Shown piece after piece: positions 1 through 8,841 of a stretch of DNA of 64,000 nucleotides. Origin of the DNA: Escherichia phage MN03. The stretch lies in the sequence record NC_070990.1; one strand, 5' to 3'. The notes under the pieces are model-generated. The model saw only the letters and a list, made by a program, of their open reading frames with translations. It had not been told where the DNA came from and did not search any database. Numbering within the stretch: position 1 is the stretch's first letter; the number at the start of each line of letters is the position of its first letter. Made by a program: the position numbers and the translations under genes.

Positions 1-146
1 CCATCAATGCCATCTTTACCATCAATGCCATCTTTACCATCAATGCCATCTTTACCATCAATGCCATCTTTACCATCAATGCCATCTTTACCATCAATGC
101 CATCTTTACCATCAATGCCATCAATGCCATCTTTACCATCAATGCC
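1..146. repeat. Tandem 18-bp repeat array (unit atcaatgccatctttacc, about 7 copies plus partial units), running off the window start
   Basis: Directly visible periodicity of 18 nt from position 3; on the minus strand it encodes G-K-D-G-I-D hexapeptide repeats. Confidence 0.9.
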
Positions 147-338
147 ATTAGCGCCAGTGTCGCCTTTCTCTCCCTGATCACCTTTTTCACCTTTAAACCA
201 ATCTCCGATACCGCAACCATTGGCAGATTGACCTACACCACAACCTCCATTGCCATTGCCATTGTTTCCACTTTTAGCAAAAACAGGCGATGCCATTACG
301 GACAGAGCTAGGATTGAGGATAATACAATTGCTTTCAT
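1..338 (-). CDS. Secreted collagen-like (Gly-X-Y) repeat protein, N-terminal part only; gene continues past the window start
   Basis: Minus-strand ATG at 338 with AGGAA upstream; translation MKAIVLSSILALSVMASPVFA (signal-peptide-like) then GNGNGG... GEKGDQGEKGDTGANGIDGKDGID repeats with no stop to position 1; not in ORF track because truncated. Confidence 0.5.
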   Translation of the reverse strand, partial: MKAIVLSSILALSVMASPVFAKSGNNGNGNGGCGVGQSANGCGIGDWFKGEKGDQGEKGDTGANGIDGKDGIDGIDGKDGIDGKDGIDGKDGIDGKDGIDGKDGIDGKDGID

Positions 339-360
339 TTCATAGATTCCTATACAGTAG

Positions 361-390
361 ACATAAAAAAGCCCCAGCCGTAGCCGGGGC
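361..390 (-). terminator. Hairpin plus T-run (rho-independent terminator-like) on minus strand
   Basis: gccccagccgtagccggggc stem-loop flanked by a run of A on the plus strand (T-run on minus). Confidence 0.4.
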
Positions 391-449
391 AAACCTGAAA
401 GCAACACATGACCGTTGCTATAAATACACTCGCAAATGCACTTACAGCA

Positions 450-478
450 ACGCAAAAAGCCGCTCAAAGGCGGCTATG
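450..478 (-). terminator. Hairpin plus T-run downstream of the 556..999 gene
   Basis: agccgc-tcaaag-gcggct inverted repeat preceded by aaaaa on the plus strand. Confidence 0.45.
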
Positions 479-555
479 CGGAAGCTTCAAATGGGGAGAG
501 GGCACGACGCTACAGAAAGAGCGTCACAGTACTAAAAGAGGGGGCTATATTCCTA

Positions 556-999
556 CTACTTAACCCTTGCCTCTTTGATGGGGTCGATGTATTTCTCAAC
601 GCCCCACTTGTGTTTACTGTCTGCGTAGAAAACATCAGGTGCACACTGGCTTGTCTTAGGGAAAGCCTGCGGGTCTTTCGTGCTACCTTTAAACTTCTGT
701 TTACCACGGGTGCGACCATTACAGAAGATTTCTAACTTCTTCTCCTCTTCTGTTTTAGCTCCCCCGCTCTGTAACAAAGAACGTTTATGATCAGCTAACA
801 ACAACGCATCAGCCCGATGGACACGATGGCCTACACGTTTTGCCACACTTGAAGGAACATGGGATTCAGCCTCAGCCTTTGCAGCACGACGTTTTAAACT
901 ACGCTTACTGACATGATTAGTTGCCTTCGGTTTCTCTTTCTCCAGTTCAGAGATAGCAAAACAACGCCCACCCTTCATGCTGATTTTAGATTTAGCCAC
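556..999 (-). CDS. Hypothetical basic protein (147 aa)
   Basis: ORF track; Lys/Arg-rich; no recognisable motif. Confidence 0.45.
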   Translation of the reverse strand: MAKSKISMKGGRCFAISELEKEKPKATNHVSKRSLKRRAAKAEAESHVPSSVAKRVGHRVHRADALLLADHKRSLLQSGGAKTEEEKKLEIFCNGRTRGKQKFKGSTKDPQAFPKTSQCAPDVFYADSKHKWGVEKYIDPIKEARVK

Positions 1000-1068
1000 A
1001 ATCTCATTCCTTTCAGTGATAAGTTATATCGGGCAAGCCCATCAAGTCGATAGGCTTGAACAAACAAC

Positions 1069-1278
1069 TTAATCAAGTAAACTAAACGACTTCCAACTGC
1101 GTAGCAGGATTGTACCATCGTCCATAGCTACACATAATTTCAATAATCCTTTGGTGACACTACTCACTGTTGTAATTCGTCCGGTTGTACATTTACCTTT
1201 ATTGCTATAAAGATATATTACACGACGGCCTAACAAGCGGGAAGGTGATTTCTTAAATTCTGAAATGTTAGTGATCAT
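1069..1278 (-). CDS. Hypothetical protein (69 aa)
   Basis: ORF track; tight end-to-start packing with neighbours on the same strand. Confidence 0.3.
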   Translation of the reverse strand: MITNISEFKKSPSRLLGRRVIYLYSNKGKCTTGRITTVSSVTKGLLKLCVAMDDGTILLRSWKSFSLLD

Positions 1279-1499
1279 AATGCTTGATACCTTTGAATGT
1301 GTTCAATACGGGTGGATTGAGCAAATGACGCTTTAACAGCCATTTTCCTAACTTCTTCTTTACGCTGGTTAGTGTGTACAGTATCCCAATGTTTGTTATC
1401 ACGTTGGCGCTGTAATATCTTACTACATTTGCGATGGTTTCCCGTGCTGCGATGTTTCTCACAAATAGGACACTTGCCAAAATTACTACTGAATATCAT
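1275..1499 (-). CDS. Hypothetical Cys/His-rich small protein (74 aa)
   Basis: ORF track; CPIC...HRKC pattern suggests a zinc-binding element; overlaps neighbour by 4 nt. Confidence 0.4.
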   Translation of the reverse strand: MIFSSNFGKCPICEKHRSTGNHRKCSKILQRQRDNKHWDTVHTNQRKEEVRKMAVKASFAQSTRIEHIQRYQAL

Positions 1500-1723
1500 T
1501 TTCTCAATCCCAGCTTTCTTAAGATACGGCCTAACGTTGTTTCTTGCGTGATAATATAACTGATCGCTTCACGTTCCAGCGTTTCAATCTTCATTGGCGA
1601 CGGATACCATTCACCGGTAATAACACATTTACATTCAACGCCATACTTTTTAGATAGGCGGTAATGTTGACCATTGACAAGATTCCTATAAATCGTGGTA
1701 TGTGTAATTAACATGATCGTCAC
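1496..1723 (-). CDS. Hypothetical protein (75 aa)
   Basis: ORF track; 4-nt overlap with downstream gene. Confidence 0.4.
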   Translation of the reverse strand: MTIMLITHTTIYRNLVNGQHYRLSKKYGVECKCVITGEWYPSPMKIETLEREAISYIITQETTLGRILRKLGLRK

Positions 1724-1764
1724 CTTTGATTAGATTCTTTGATTAATGCACTGAATCAATGCAC

Positions 1765-1803
1765 TGATAAAAGAAAAGGCGCTACCCGTTAAGATAGCGC
1801 CTT
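1765..1803 (-). terminator. Rho-independent terminator-like hairpin downstream of the 1826..2725 gene
   Basis: aaggcgcta / tagcgcctt 9-bp inverted repeat with 10-nt loop, followed on the minus strand by tttcttttat. Confidence 0.55.
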
Positions 1804-1825
1804 ATGTTTATTCAAATTGTCTTAC

Positions 1826-2725
1826 TTATGCCGCCTGACGTGCCGCCATAATTTCAGCCGCTTTACGCAATACTTCTTCCTCTTCTGCTTTCGCCGCTTG
1901 TTCGGTACGGGTAGCAACCGTTGAAGAGATACGACCGCGCAGACTTTCTAACTTCTCCTGCATAGCTGCAACAGTCTTTTCCATTTCATCAGCGTATGAA
2001 TCGAGTGATTCTAATTCCTTGCTTGATGCGTTCATCAGATAATCATCCGAGATCGCTACCGTTGAGGCCGTGACTTTCTTGATGAGTGAATCAAAGGACT
2101 TTTTAACCTTCCCAACTTCTTCACTCAGGGCGATAGTGTTATCGCTGGTTGCGCCGTTGCGCTCATCAGCCAGTAATTTGGCTTCAATACGGATTGCATT
2201 CAAGCGTTCAACCAAAGCGTAAATATCCTGATTAAAATCTTCCTTGTTTTTCGCCGGAATTTGCAGGTGTGCCGCCACGTTGTCATTGCAACCTTTGTAG
2301 AAGTTAGGATTATCCACTTCAATTGCACGACCTAATGCAAAGTTTTCGAAAGCGTTTGACCAGCGAGCGCGGTTTTGTTCCATTTTGGCCTTAATTTGCG
2401 CTTCTTTCGCATCTTCTTTAGCTTTCGCCTCACCTTCCAGATTAATCCACTTTTTACGACCATTTGCCGCATCGGTGTTAAACTTGATAGGAGTTAAGAA
2501 AGTAATTGCGGTAGCGATAACATCCATATCACGGAAACGTTCAGTTAACAGAAAATCAACCGCCGTCTGCAATACTTCCAGCTTTTTACCGTTACTGCGG
2601 AAGTGCTGCAAGTGCCCTAACAGAAAATTAGAAACATCTTGTTTGATCGCCGCGTTATTGCTACGAATGTTGTTAGCCAGTGCATTAAAACCGGATTCGT
2701 TAACCAGAGTAAAGATTTTAGCCAT
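1826..2725 (-). CDS. Hypothetical protein (~299 aa), coiled-coil-rich C-terminus
   Basis: ORF track ORF 1826..2734; start moved to ATG at 2725, which has AAGGTGA 6-7 nt upstream; no family recognised. Confidence 0.55.
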   Translation of the reverse strand: MAKIFTLVNESGFNALANNIRSNNAAIKQDVSNFLLGHLQHFRSNGKKLEVLQTAVDFLLTERFRDMDVIATAITFLTPIKFNTDAANGRKKWINLEGEAKAKEDAKEAQIKAKMEQNRARWSNAFENFALGRAIEVDNPNFYKGCNDNVAAHLQIPAKNKEDFNQDIYALVERLNAIRIEAKLLADERNGATSDNTIALSEEVGKVKKSFDSLIKKVTASTVAISDDYLMNASSKELESLDSYADEMEKTVAAMQEKLESLRGRISSTVATRTEQAAKAEEEEVLRKAAEIMAARQAA

Positions 2726-4096
2726 GATATTCACCTTTCAATTGTAAGGGCGCTATTGCCCCGCTCTCTATGAGCTTGTTTAAGTCACTATTAACTTAAC
2801 TATAACCACTCGTTGTTAAGTAGTTATAGGTAAGCGGGGCGGTCTTATCAGGAGTTAACCTTGCCGCCCCCTTATCCGTGATGTTTCATCTGGTATCTTT
2901 AATTAGTCGCTATAAACGAAGCCGACCTGATAGCGATGATCAATCATCACAATAAGGCTATGCGTCCGACTCTATTTAATTACATTGCTGTAACCGTCGG
3001 CAATATCGTCTACTTTGTTTTCGCTCCCGCTTATCCTTTTGTATCAGCTCTCTATCGCTAGTCATCGCCCACTACGGGATACTATTGCGAAAGAGTCACT
3101 AACCGCCTAATATTCCGGCGTTTTATATCTTTCAGCAGGTTTACTACATAACCCGGCTATGTACTTTCATCCTATGATGAATCTCAAGCCGTTCACATCG
3201 TAAACGTTCGCATTAAACCTTATTGTTAAATAGCAATTTGCCACTTTTTAACCACTCCCCGCCGCTCTCAATTGAGCGTTAATTCGTCGGACTTGCCTAC
3301 CCTGATTAACTTCTTTCACTGTAGCACCGTGTTAGCAATGACCTCCGCTACCCTTAACCGTGGGCGATTAGCTCAAGTCTTTGCGTGTACTCAATGAATC
3401 CGTTTATCAATGGTGACGTTTCCAGTAAGGGAATGTAAAACTGTTTACCCTGATAATTTAGGGAGTTTTACGCCGTTTTATCTGGTATGCTTTCCGATGG
3501 TTATTATCATCAAGCATATTCAACCGATATAGGAGAATGTTTAAATTATTAAAGAGCGGTAAATCTATCAGTGTGCTTTCTCACACTATGCAACTGTTAG
3601 CCGTTGTTACGCTTTTCACTGAAGCGATGATTTGCTTAGTGAGTGCTCATTATGAATCATGTTGTTTTCGCTGTCAACCGCTTTTTAATCTTTTTTCGTC
3701 GTTCCCGCTATTGGGAGGATATATCAATCAGCTTTATTTGATTGAAGATTAAGCGGTGAGGCTTAACTTATGACTCATATTGTTAAAGAGCGTTTAGCCT
3801 TTTAAAGTGTCTGCTAATCACTGTCACATTGAAGGCTTACTGATTCATTAACAGGCCGCCTACACCTGAACTAATCGCTGCACTATGTGCCACCTTTCCC
3901 GCGATACGTTGATTTGGGAACTAGTTAGCGATGTTTTGCTAACTTGTGGTTAGTATGGACTACTTTAACCACGTTTGCAACTCTTTTTATCATCTTCTTT
4001 TAATTCCTTTCCCTTATCTCGCGTGAATCTATGCGAAAGGGCAAGATGATAAGTTTTTAAAGAGCGGGATTTTTTAAGTCATCGCTGACTATGCTC

Positions 4097-4125
4097 ACTA
4101 TATATCAGGCTTTTTCCGGTGTCAA
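4097..4125 (-). promoter_or_regulatory. Candidate sigma70-type promoter (minus strand): TTGACA, 17-nt spacer, TATAGT
   Basis: Minus-strand reading of 4125..4097 is TTGACAccggaaaaagcctgataTATAGT; perfect -35 and 5/6 -10 with canonical spacing. Confidence 0.4.
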
Positions 4126-4509
4126 TACTCTTTTTTGAGAATATTTTCACTTTCTAGCCTGATTTTTAAAGAGCGGGGCAATTTCTTGCCTTGTATGTTT
4201 TACATCGTACCCGATGAAATGAAGTATACGCTAATCAGATGAGGTTGCAATAGGGTAAAGCAAATTATTTTAAACTTTTTCACTATAGGAAGGTAAAAGA
4301 GCAGGCGCACGCGATACATCATAGAAAACGGCTTGTAAAGCGATATTTAGCGGCCTAAAACGCATCACAACGGGCTAAAAGGGAGTAAGGCATACAATCA
4401 CCTCATAAAAGAGAAAAGCCTCACTAGGAGGCTTACAGGAAGGATTAGAGAATCAGATAAATTATGACCATAGGCATGACTACGGCACAATACAGGAGAA
4501 AGATTAAGC

Positions 4510-4887
4510 CTATGGATTTACACATTGACCATTACCGGACTCAATTTCATTCATGGACTCATCAAAGAGCGTCAACGATGAGCGCATCAAGTGATCTATC
4601 GTGATTTGTTTACCGGTAGTTTCATTTACCAGCAGAATAGCTTTGTTATCTGATTGCACATGATCAAAATCATTTACATGCAAAATAATAACTTTAGGTG
4701 ACTGTTTACCAGTTTCATAGTTTTCTATCAAATAGGTGCACTGTAAACCGTCAACCGTAGCAGGGGAGAACATTGCAGCCTTAACACTACCCATAGACGA
4801 TAGGAGAACGCCCAGCAGGAGAACGACAAGGAAGAAGCCCACGAATACTTTTACTACAAATTTGATAATACCCATGATAATAATCAC
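4510..4887 (-). CDS. Hypothetical membrane-anchored or secreted protein (125 aa)
   Basis: ORF track; N-terminal hydrophobic stretch IIKFVVKVFVGFFLVVLLLGVLL. Confidence 0.4.
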   Translation of the reverse strand: MIIIMGIIKFVVKVFVGFFLVVLLLGVLLSSMGSVKAAMFSPATVDGLQCTYLIENYETGKQSPKVIILHVNDFDHVQSDNKAILLVNETTGKQITIDHLMRSSLTLFDESMNEIESGNGQCVNP

Positions 4888-4972
4888 CTATAGTTAGAGA
4901 ATATAAGAATAAAGCATATCAGCGACGAATAACGCCACTGTAACGACGAACAAGCAACGCCAAAAATAATCA

Positions 4973-5248
4973 CTATTCATCGTTGCTATTCTCGCCAAAA
5001 AATGCTACGCTAATCTGTTCCACTTCTTCCAGCGACAGGAGAATCCCGCGTTGGGCTAAATACTTCCCAACAGTTAGATAATCTTGCACTAAACAGACAA
5101 TAGGAAAGCGTATATTTTGAATCTCACCTTTGGAAAGAAAAGACAAATATCCAACGTCGATTGATTCATCAAAGGACAATGTAACGCCACCGTAATTATG
5201 CGTATCAATTAACGCAATAGTTTCATTTCCCATTGGTATCATCCCCAA
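4973..5248 (-). CDS. Hypothetical protein (91 aa)
   Basis: ORF track; overlaps upstream ORF by 26 nt. Confidence 0.3.
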   Translation of the reverse strand: MGMIPMGNETIALIDTHNYGGVTLSFDESIDVGYLSFLSKGEIQNIRFPIVCLVQDYLTVGKYLAQRGILLSLEEVEQISVAFFGENSNDE

Positions 5249-5489
5249 TCAGACCATGATTAAGCAGGTTAGCCAGCGACAAATCACCGTCAATATAGAT
5301 TGATCTGAAATCATCGCGGGTAATTTCGAAATCAGCAAAGGCTAGCCAATCTTTAAGAGGCTGATATTCCATCCTGCAAAAAGTGATAACAGGCAAGATT
5401 ATCTGACCATCAAGTGTATTAAACTCGATAGATTGCCCACCAACAAAACAAGAAAAGCCGTTTGATAACTTAACTTCTTTGATAGCCAT
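5223..5489 (-). CDS. Hypothetical protein (88 aa)
   Basis: ORF track. Confidence 0.3.
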   Translation of the reverse strand: MAIKEVKLSNGFSCFVGGQSIEFNTLDGQIILPVITFCRMEYQPLKDWLAFADFEITRDDFRSIYIDGDLSLANLLNHGLIGDDTNGK

Positions 5490-5514
5490 TTTTACACTCC
5501 TGAAAATAGGTTAT

Positions 5515-6006
5515 TTACTTACTAGCCTTAATACAGTTGGCTAAACTAACGTGAACGGTATAAACAGCGTTATTAGCGTTATTATAAACAGTTGTAGCAA
5601 TCATCGACTCATTGATCGGGCCATAACTCACCAGATTGGTTACAGCTTTAACGTCTTCGTAACGTTGTACAGTGCCAAATGTAACCATATCCGAGTCACT
5701 ATCGGTGCGCTTGAGAACTAGATCATTGTTAGGCTGATTGTCTAGTGTCTTAGACTGAAAGAGAACGCCATCATTAGTTACGTTACTAAATTTCATCTTT
5801 AGCACAATGGTAGTGCCGTCACTATCCGCACCGTTGCAAATCATCCAACCTTTGTTGATGGAACTAACGAAAACACTAGCCGCATCAGTTGCAGGAGCAG
5901 GACTAGCAACAGCCTTGTCAGAAAGAGATGTGACCAGTGCACTAACACCAATCGCTGCAACCAGTGCATAACTTGCCAGATTAACTACCTGCATTGATTT
6001 AGCCAT
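5515..6006 (-). CDS. Secreted protein with predicted signal peptide (163 aa)
   Basis: N-terminus MAKSMQVVNLASYALVAAIGVSALVTSLSDKAVA then SPAP; Sec-signal-like. Confidence 0.5.
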   Translation of the reverse strand: MAKSMQVVNLASYALVAAIGVSALVTSLSDKAVASPAPATDAASVFVSSINKGWMICNGADSDGTTIVLKMKFSNVTNDGVLFQSKTLDNQPNNDLVLKRTDSDSDMVTFGTVQRYEDVKAVTNLVSYGPINESMIATTVYNNANNAVYTVHVSLANCIKASK

Positions 6007-6871
6007 TTGTGAATCCTCGTTGATATGTATTTGGTTTCATGTTTCACAAGATAGCACGTGTTTCTGATTCACACGTAGGGCCATTGCTCAGTTGACCACT
6101 TCACTGACTCGATAGTGTTCCAGCTTTCACCAGTCAATCGCAGAGTCCTTATCTTTAAACATTCTCCACTACTTAGACTGATCAGTCTTCATGGAGCTTA
6201 CTACTATCTAGCTACTTTGCATCACTGCTTCGCTTCGATGAATACAATTTACTACTACTTAATAAGGAAAGCAAGTGCTACGGGTAAACTATTTCTACTA
6301 TCTATATAGGACGGGGAACATACAACCGCAGAGCAGACCACGGGGAAACATAGCAAGATAGTGCGGTAGTAATATACCACTTAAATAATTGTATAACTCA
6401 AACATCAAAGACGTTCGCTACGCTCACAAAGGCACGCTGAAAAAGGAAAGTAATAAAAGAATAATAACATACATCAACCATTATCCACTTAATTAATACA
6501 TATATCATTATTGCACTCATAATAACAACTATTGAAACTATTTACACTCAAACTATGGGGAGCTGTGACCATCATTAATGGCATTATTAGTATGCTAATT
6601 AGTTGGCCTGTACAGTGCTGGCCTTTCTCTCACTCTCTAAAGGGGAACTAAATAAACGGGTAGCTAATGAATAGGATGGTATACACGGGGAAAGAATAAC
6701 GGGGAGTAGGCACGGGGAAAGGTGGAACGTTGAAAGGGAAGGTAAAGGCATTGCCAATAACCCTTTTTTAAATGAGGACTCCCCCTTTTTAGGAAACGCG
6801 CGGCGAGCGGCTAGCCCCATTCGGTCAAATCAGAATTTTAAACTCTTATATATAAGGTTGAAAGAGAACTT

Positions 6872-7036
6872 ATGTGGAAAATTAAGTTAATCATTAAGCA
6901 ATTCAAATGTGATCATGAGTACTATCGGATACGCAAAGCTTACGGGGATGAAAGAGTTCACACCCTTTATAAGTCCACTTGGAGATGTAGTAAATGTGGT
7001 AAGCTTAAACACAGCACATGGATGGACAGACCTTAA
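6872..7036 (+). CDS. Small putative zinc-ribbon protein (54 aa)
   Basis: ATG at 6872, stop at 7034-7036; MWKIKLIIKQFKCDHEYY...WRCSKCGKLKH; below ORF-track size cut-off. Confidence 0.3.
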   Translation: MWKIKLIIKQFKCDHEYYRIRKAYGDERVHTLYKSTWRCSKCGKLKHSTWMDRP

Positions 7037-7270
7037 CGTGACATGGCCTTAACATGAGGGTGCCTTAACATGAAGTAGTCATCAAAGATGACGTCCCCTT
7101 TATGTCTTAACTTTATCAGAGGGATGTATGACAGAAGATGAATACGGTAGCTTCTCTGAAGAAGACTACGAAAATGAATACAGGTATTCTCACGGGTGTT
7201 AATGTGAGGTGGCCTTTACGGGTATGTCTTATGATGTGCCCTTTATACTCTTATTCAGAGGAGAAGAATT

Positions 7271-7525
7271 ATGAATTTAGTACTAGACTTTTTATCAGAG
7301 ATGGTGCCTCGGTTCAGAACGGAGACATACGCTTTCGTGGTCAACAGTGACTCTGAAGAAGGGATGGAAGCTACTTGCTTAGGCCGTCTTGTTGATTTAG
7401 ATGATGAAACAGATTTCGATATTACAATTGATGTGAGTAGCTTAGGTTGGCTCTTCTTCAGAGCATTCCGCACTTACAGAAAAGAAACATACAAAGATTA
7501 CAGCAAGGGAGAGACAGATGAATAA
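7271..7525 (+). CDS. Hypothetical acidic protein (84 aa)
   Basis: ORF track; GAGGAG Shine-Dalgarno 8 nt upstream. Confidence 0.45.
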   Translation: MNLVLDFLSEMVPRFRTETYAFVVNSDSEEGMEATCLGRLVDLDDETDFDITIDVSSLGWLFFRAFRTYRKETYKDYSKGETDE

Positions 7526-8150
7526 TTTAATCAAAGCGATGGACCTTAACGAGTATAATTCACAGCTGTGTCGTTCTGGTTGTAGCTTACAGCATTTAGA
7601 AACTATGGGAAATGTCTCAGGACTGGCTGTACAAGATTTATATAGTGGAAGTATTCTTAAACCAACTATTACGGAGAAGAAAGATATGATGAGTTTAGTA
7701 GAACAATACCGTGGACTTCAAGTCGGTACTATTGGTGATAAATATGAGAACTACTACAAAGATCGCTCAAAAGTACTTGAAGAAGTTGCACGGGCTAAGC
7801 CTTCTACTCTGGAGGTAGTTGAATATGAATCTACTAAACATGAACACCTCCCTGACTATGCTCGTGCAATGATTGAGATGATTGAAGAAGCTGAATACGA
7901 AATGCTCCATGATTACATTACCTCCAAAGATGAATGGCATCGTGATGTTCGAATCGAAGAGGATGGTACAGAAACAATTACGTGGATTCACAAGAGTGAG
8001 CTAGTAGACGACGCACTGCGAGACTACGAAAAATTTTTGGTCGACGGCTCTATTCTTTTAGAGGAAGAGAAGGGTGCAGAACTTCCGTGGGAAGGTGAGA
8101 CGATTGCTCTAGGTAAGATGTTTAACCTGTCCGTTGGTGATTGTAAGTAA
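7518..8150 (+). CDS. Hypothetical protein (210 aa)
   Basis: ORF track; AAGGGAGAG upstream; 8-nt overlap with preceding gene. Confidence 0.5.
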   Translation: MNNLIKAMDLNEYNSQLCRSGCSLQHLETMGNVSGLAVQDLYSGSILKPTITEKKDMMSLVEQYRGLQVGTIGDKYENYYKDRSKVLEEVARAKPSTLEVVEYESTKHEHLPDYARAMIEMIEEAEYEMLHDYITSKDEWHRDVRIEEDGTETITWIHKSELVDDALRDYEKFLVDGSILLEEEKGAELPWEGETIALGKMFNLSVGDCK

Positions 8151-8155
8151 TATTT

Positions 8156-8178
8156 GCCTCCATTGGGAGGCTTTTTGT
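8156..8178 (+). terminator. Rho-independent terminator
   Basis: gcctcc-attg-ggaggc hairpin followed by ttttt. Confidence 0.75.
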
Positions 8179-8206
8179 GTTGTTGATAATGTAGAAGGAG
8201 TATAAA

Positions 8207-8680
8207 ATGTTTGGAGAAAACGGAGAACTCACGCCTGCACAGGTAGCTGAGATTACAGGAAGATTACCCGGAGTAACGGAAGAACTTGAAGGCCGTGGTA
8301 TGAACCCAAGCAATGGGAAGTTTCAAAAGGGAAATAAATTCGGACGACCCAGAGGTAGTAGAGGTAAACTGACACAATTAATGTTGGACCGTGTTGCTGC
8401 AAGTCATTTGTCTCCTGATGAAGTGTTAATTCAAATTTACGAAGATCCTAATATTCCACCTGATCTTAGATTCAAGGCTGCATCAAAAGTTGCAGATCTG
8501 GTATATCCTAAGGCGGCCTCTGTTGAAGTTAAGATTGAGGAAGAGAATGTAATCAACGAAGAATCATTGAATGCACAAATCAAGGACTTCTTGACTGGAG
8601 CACTTGGTATCGACGTTATGCCTCCAGAAGAAGACAACTCTGAGGACGCTGAAAAGGGGGAGGAAGCGGACGAGAGTTAA
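8207..8680 (+). CDS. Putative terminase small subunit (157 aa)
   Basis: Position immediately upstream of the large terminase; basic N-terminal half and acidic C-terminus; GAAGGAG SD; no diagnostic motif, call by synteny. Confidence 0.35.
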   Translation: MFGENGELTPAQVAEITGRLPGVTEELEGRGMNPSNGKFQKGNKFGRPRGSRGKLTQLMLDRVAASHLSPDEVLIQIYEDPNIPPDLRFKAASKVADLVYPKAASVEVKIEEENVINEESLNAQIKDFLTGALGIDVMPPEEDNSEDAEKGEEADES

Positions 8681-8841
8681 TTAAAGGAAACAGGGAGCTG
8701 TCGAAGATCATCTGATTAGCAATCTGAGGGTTGTTATAGTTTTATTGCCACGATGTTCTTTTGCAGTGTACCCTTGTAGTGGAGAGGGGAGGTTCTTTGA
8801 CGAAGGGACTTTCCCTTTTCTATTTTTAAACTGGAGGAAGT

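Noticed and set aside
1-146. Tandem repeats at the window start as a possible CRISPR array
   Set aside because: Repeats are contiguous with no spacers and are in-frame coding sequence for a collagen-like protein.
4268-4285. cactatagga resembling the core of a T7-type single-subunit RNA polymerase promoter
   Set aside because: Only a 9-nt partial match, no T7-like RNA polymerase gene in the window, and the phage encodes a sigma factor instead.
4973-5489. Two overlapping ORFs (5223..5489 and 4973..5248) as one frameshifted gene or pseudogene
   Set aside because: No recognisable domain spans the junction and no slippery sequence at the overlap; left as two hypothetical ORFs.
2735-6871. tRNA genes in the two long non-coding regions
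   Set aside because: No convincing T-loop (GTTCRANYC) with acceptor-stem context found by eye; 3362-3380 (gggcgattagctcaag) resembles a tRNA 5' end but lacks a D-loop or T-arm continuation. A proper tRNA scan is still needed.
8803-8828. Hairpin plus T-tract just upstream of the large terminase gene as a packaging (pac/cos) signal
   Set aside because: Equally consistent with an ordinary intrinsic terminator or attenuator; no direct repeats or terminase-binding-like iterons nearby.
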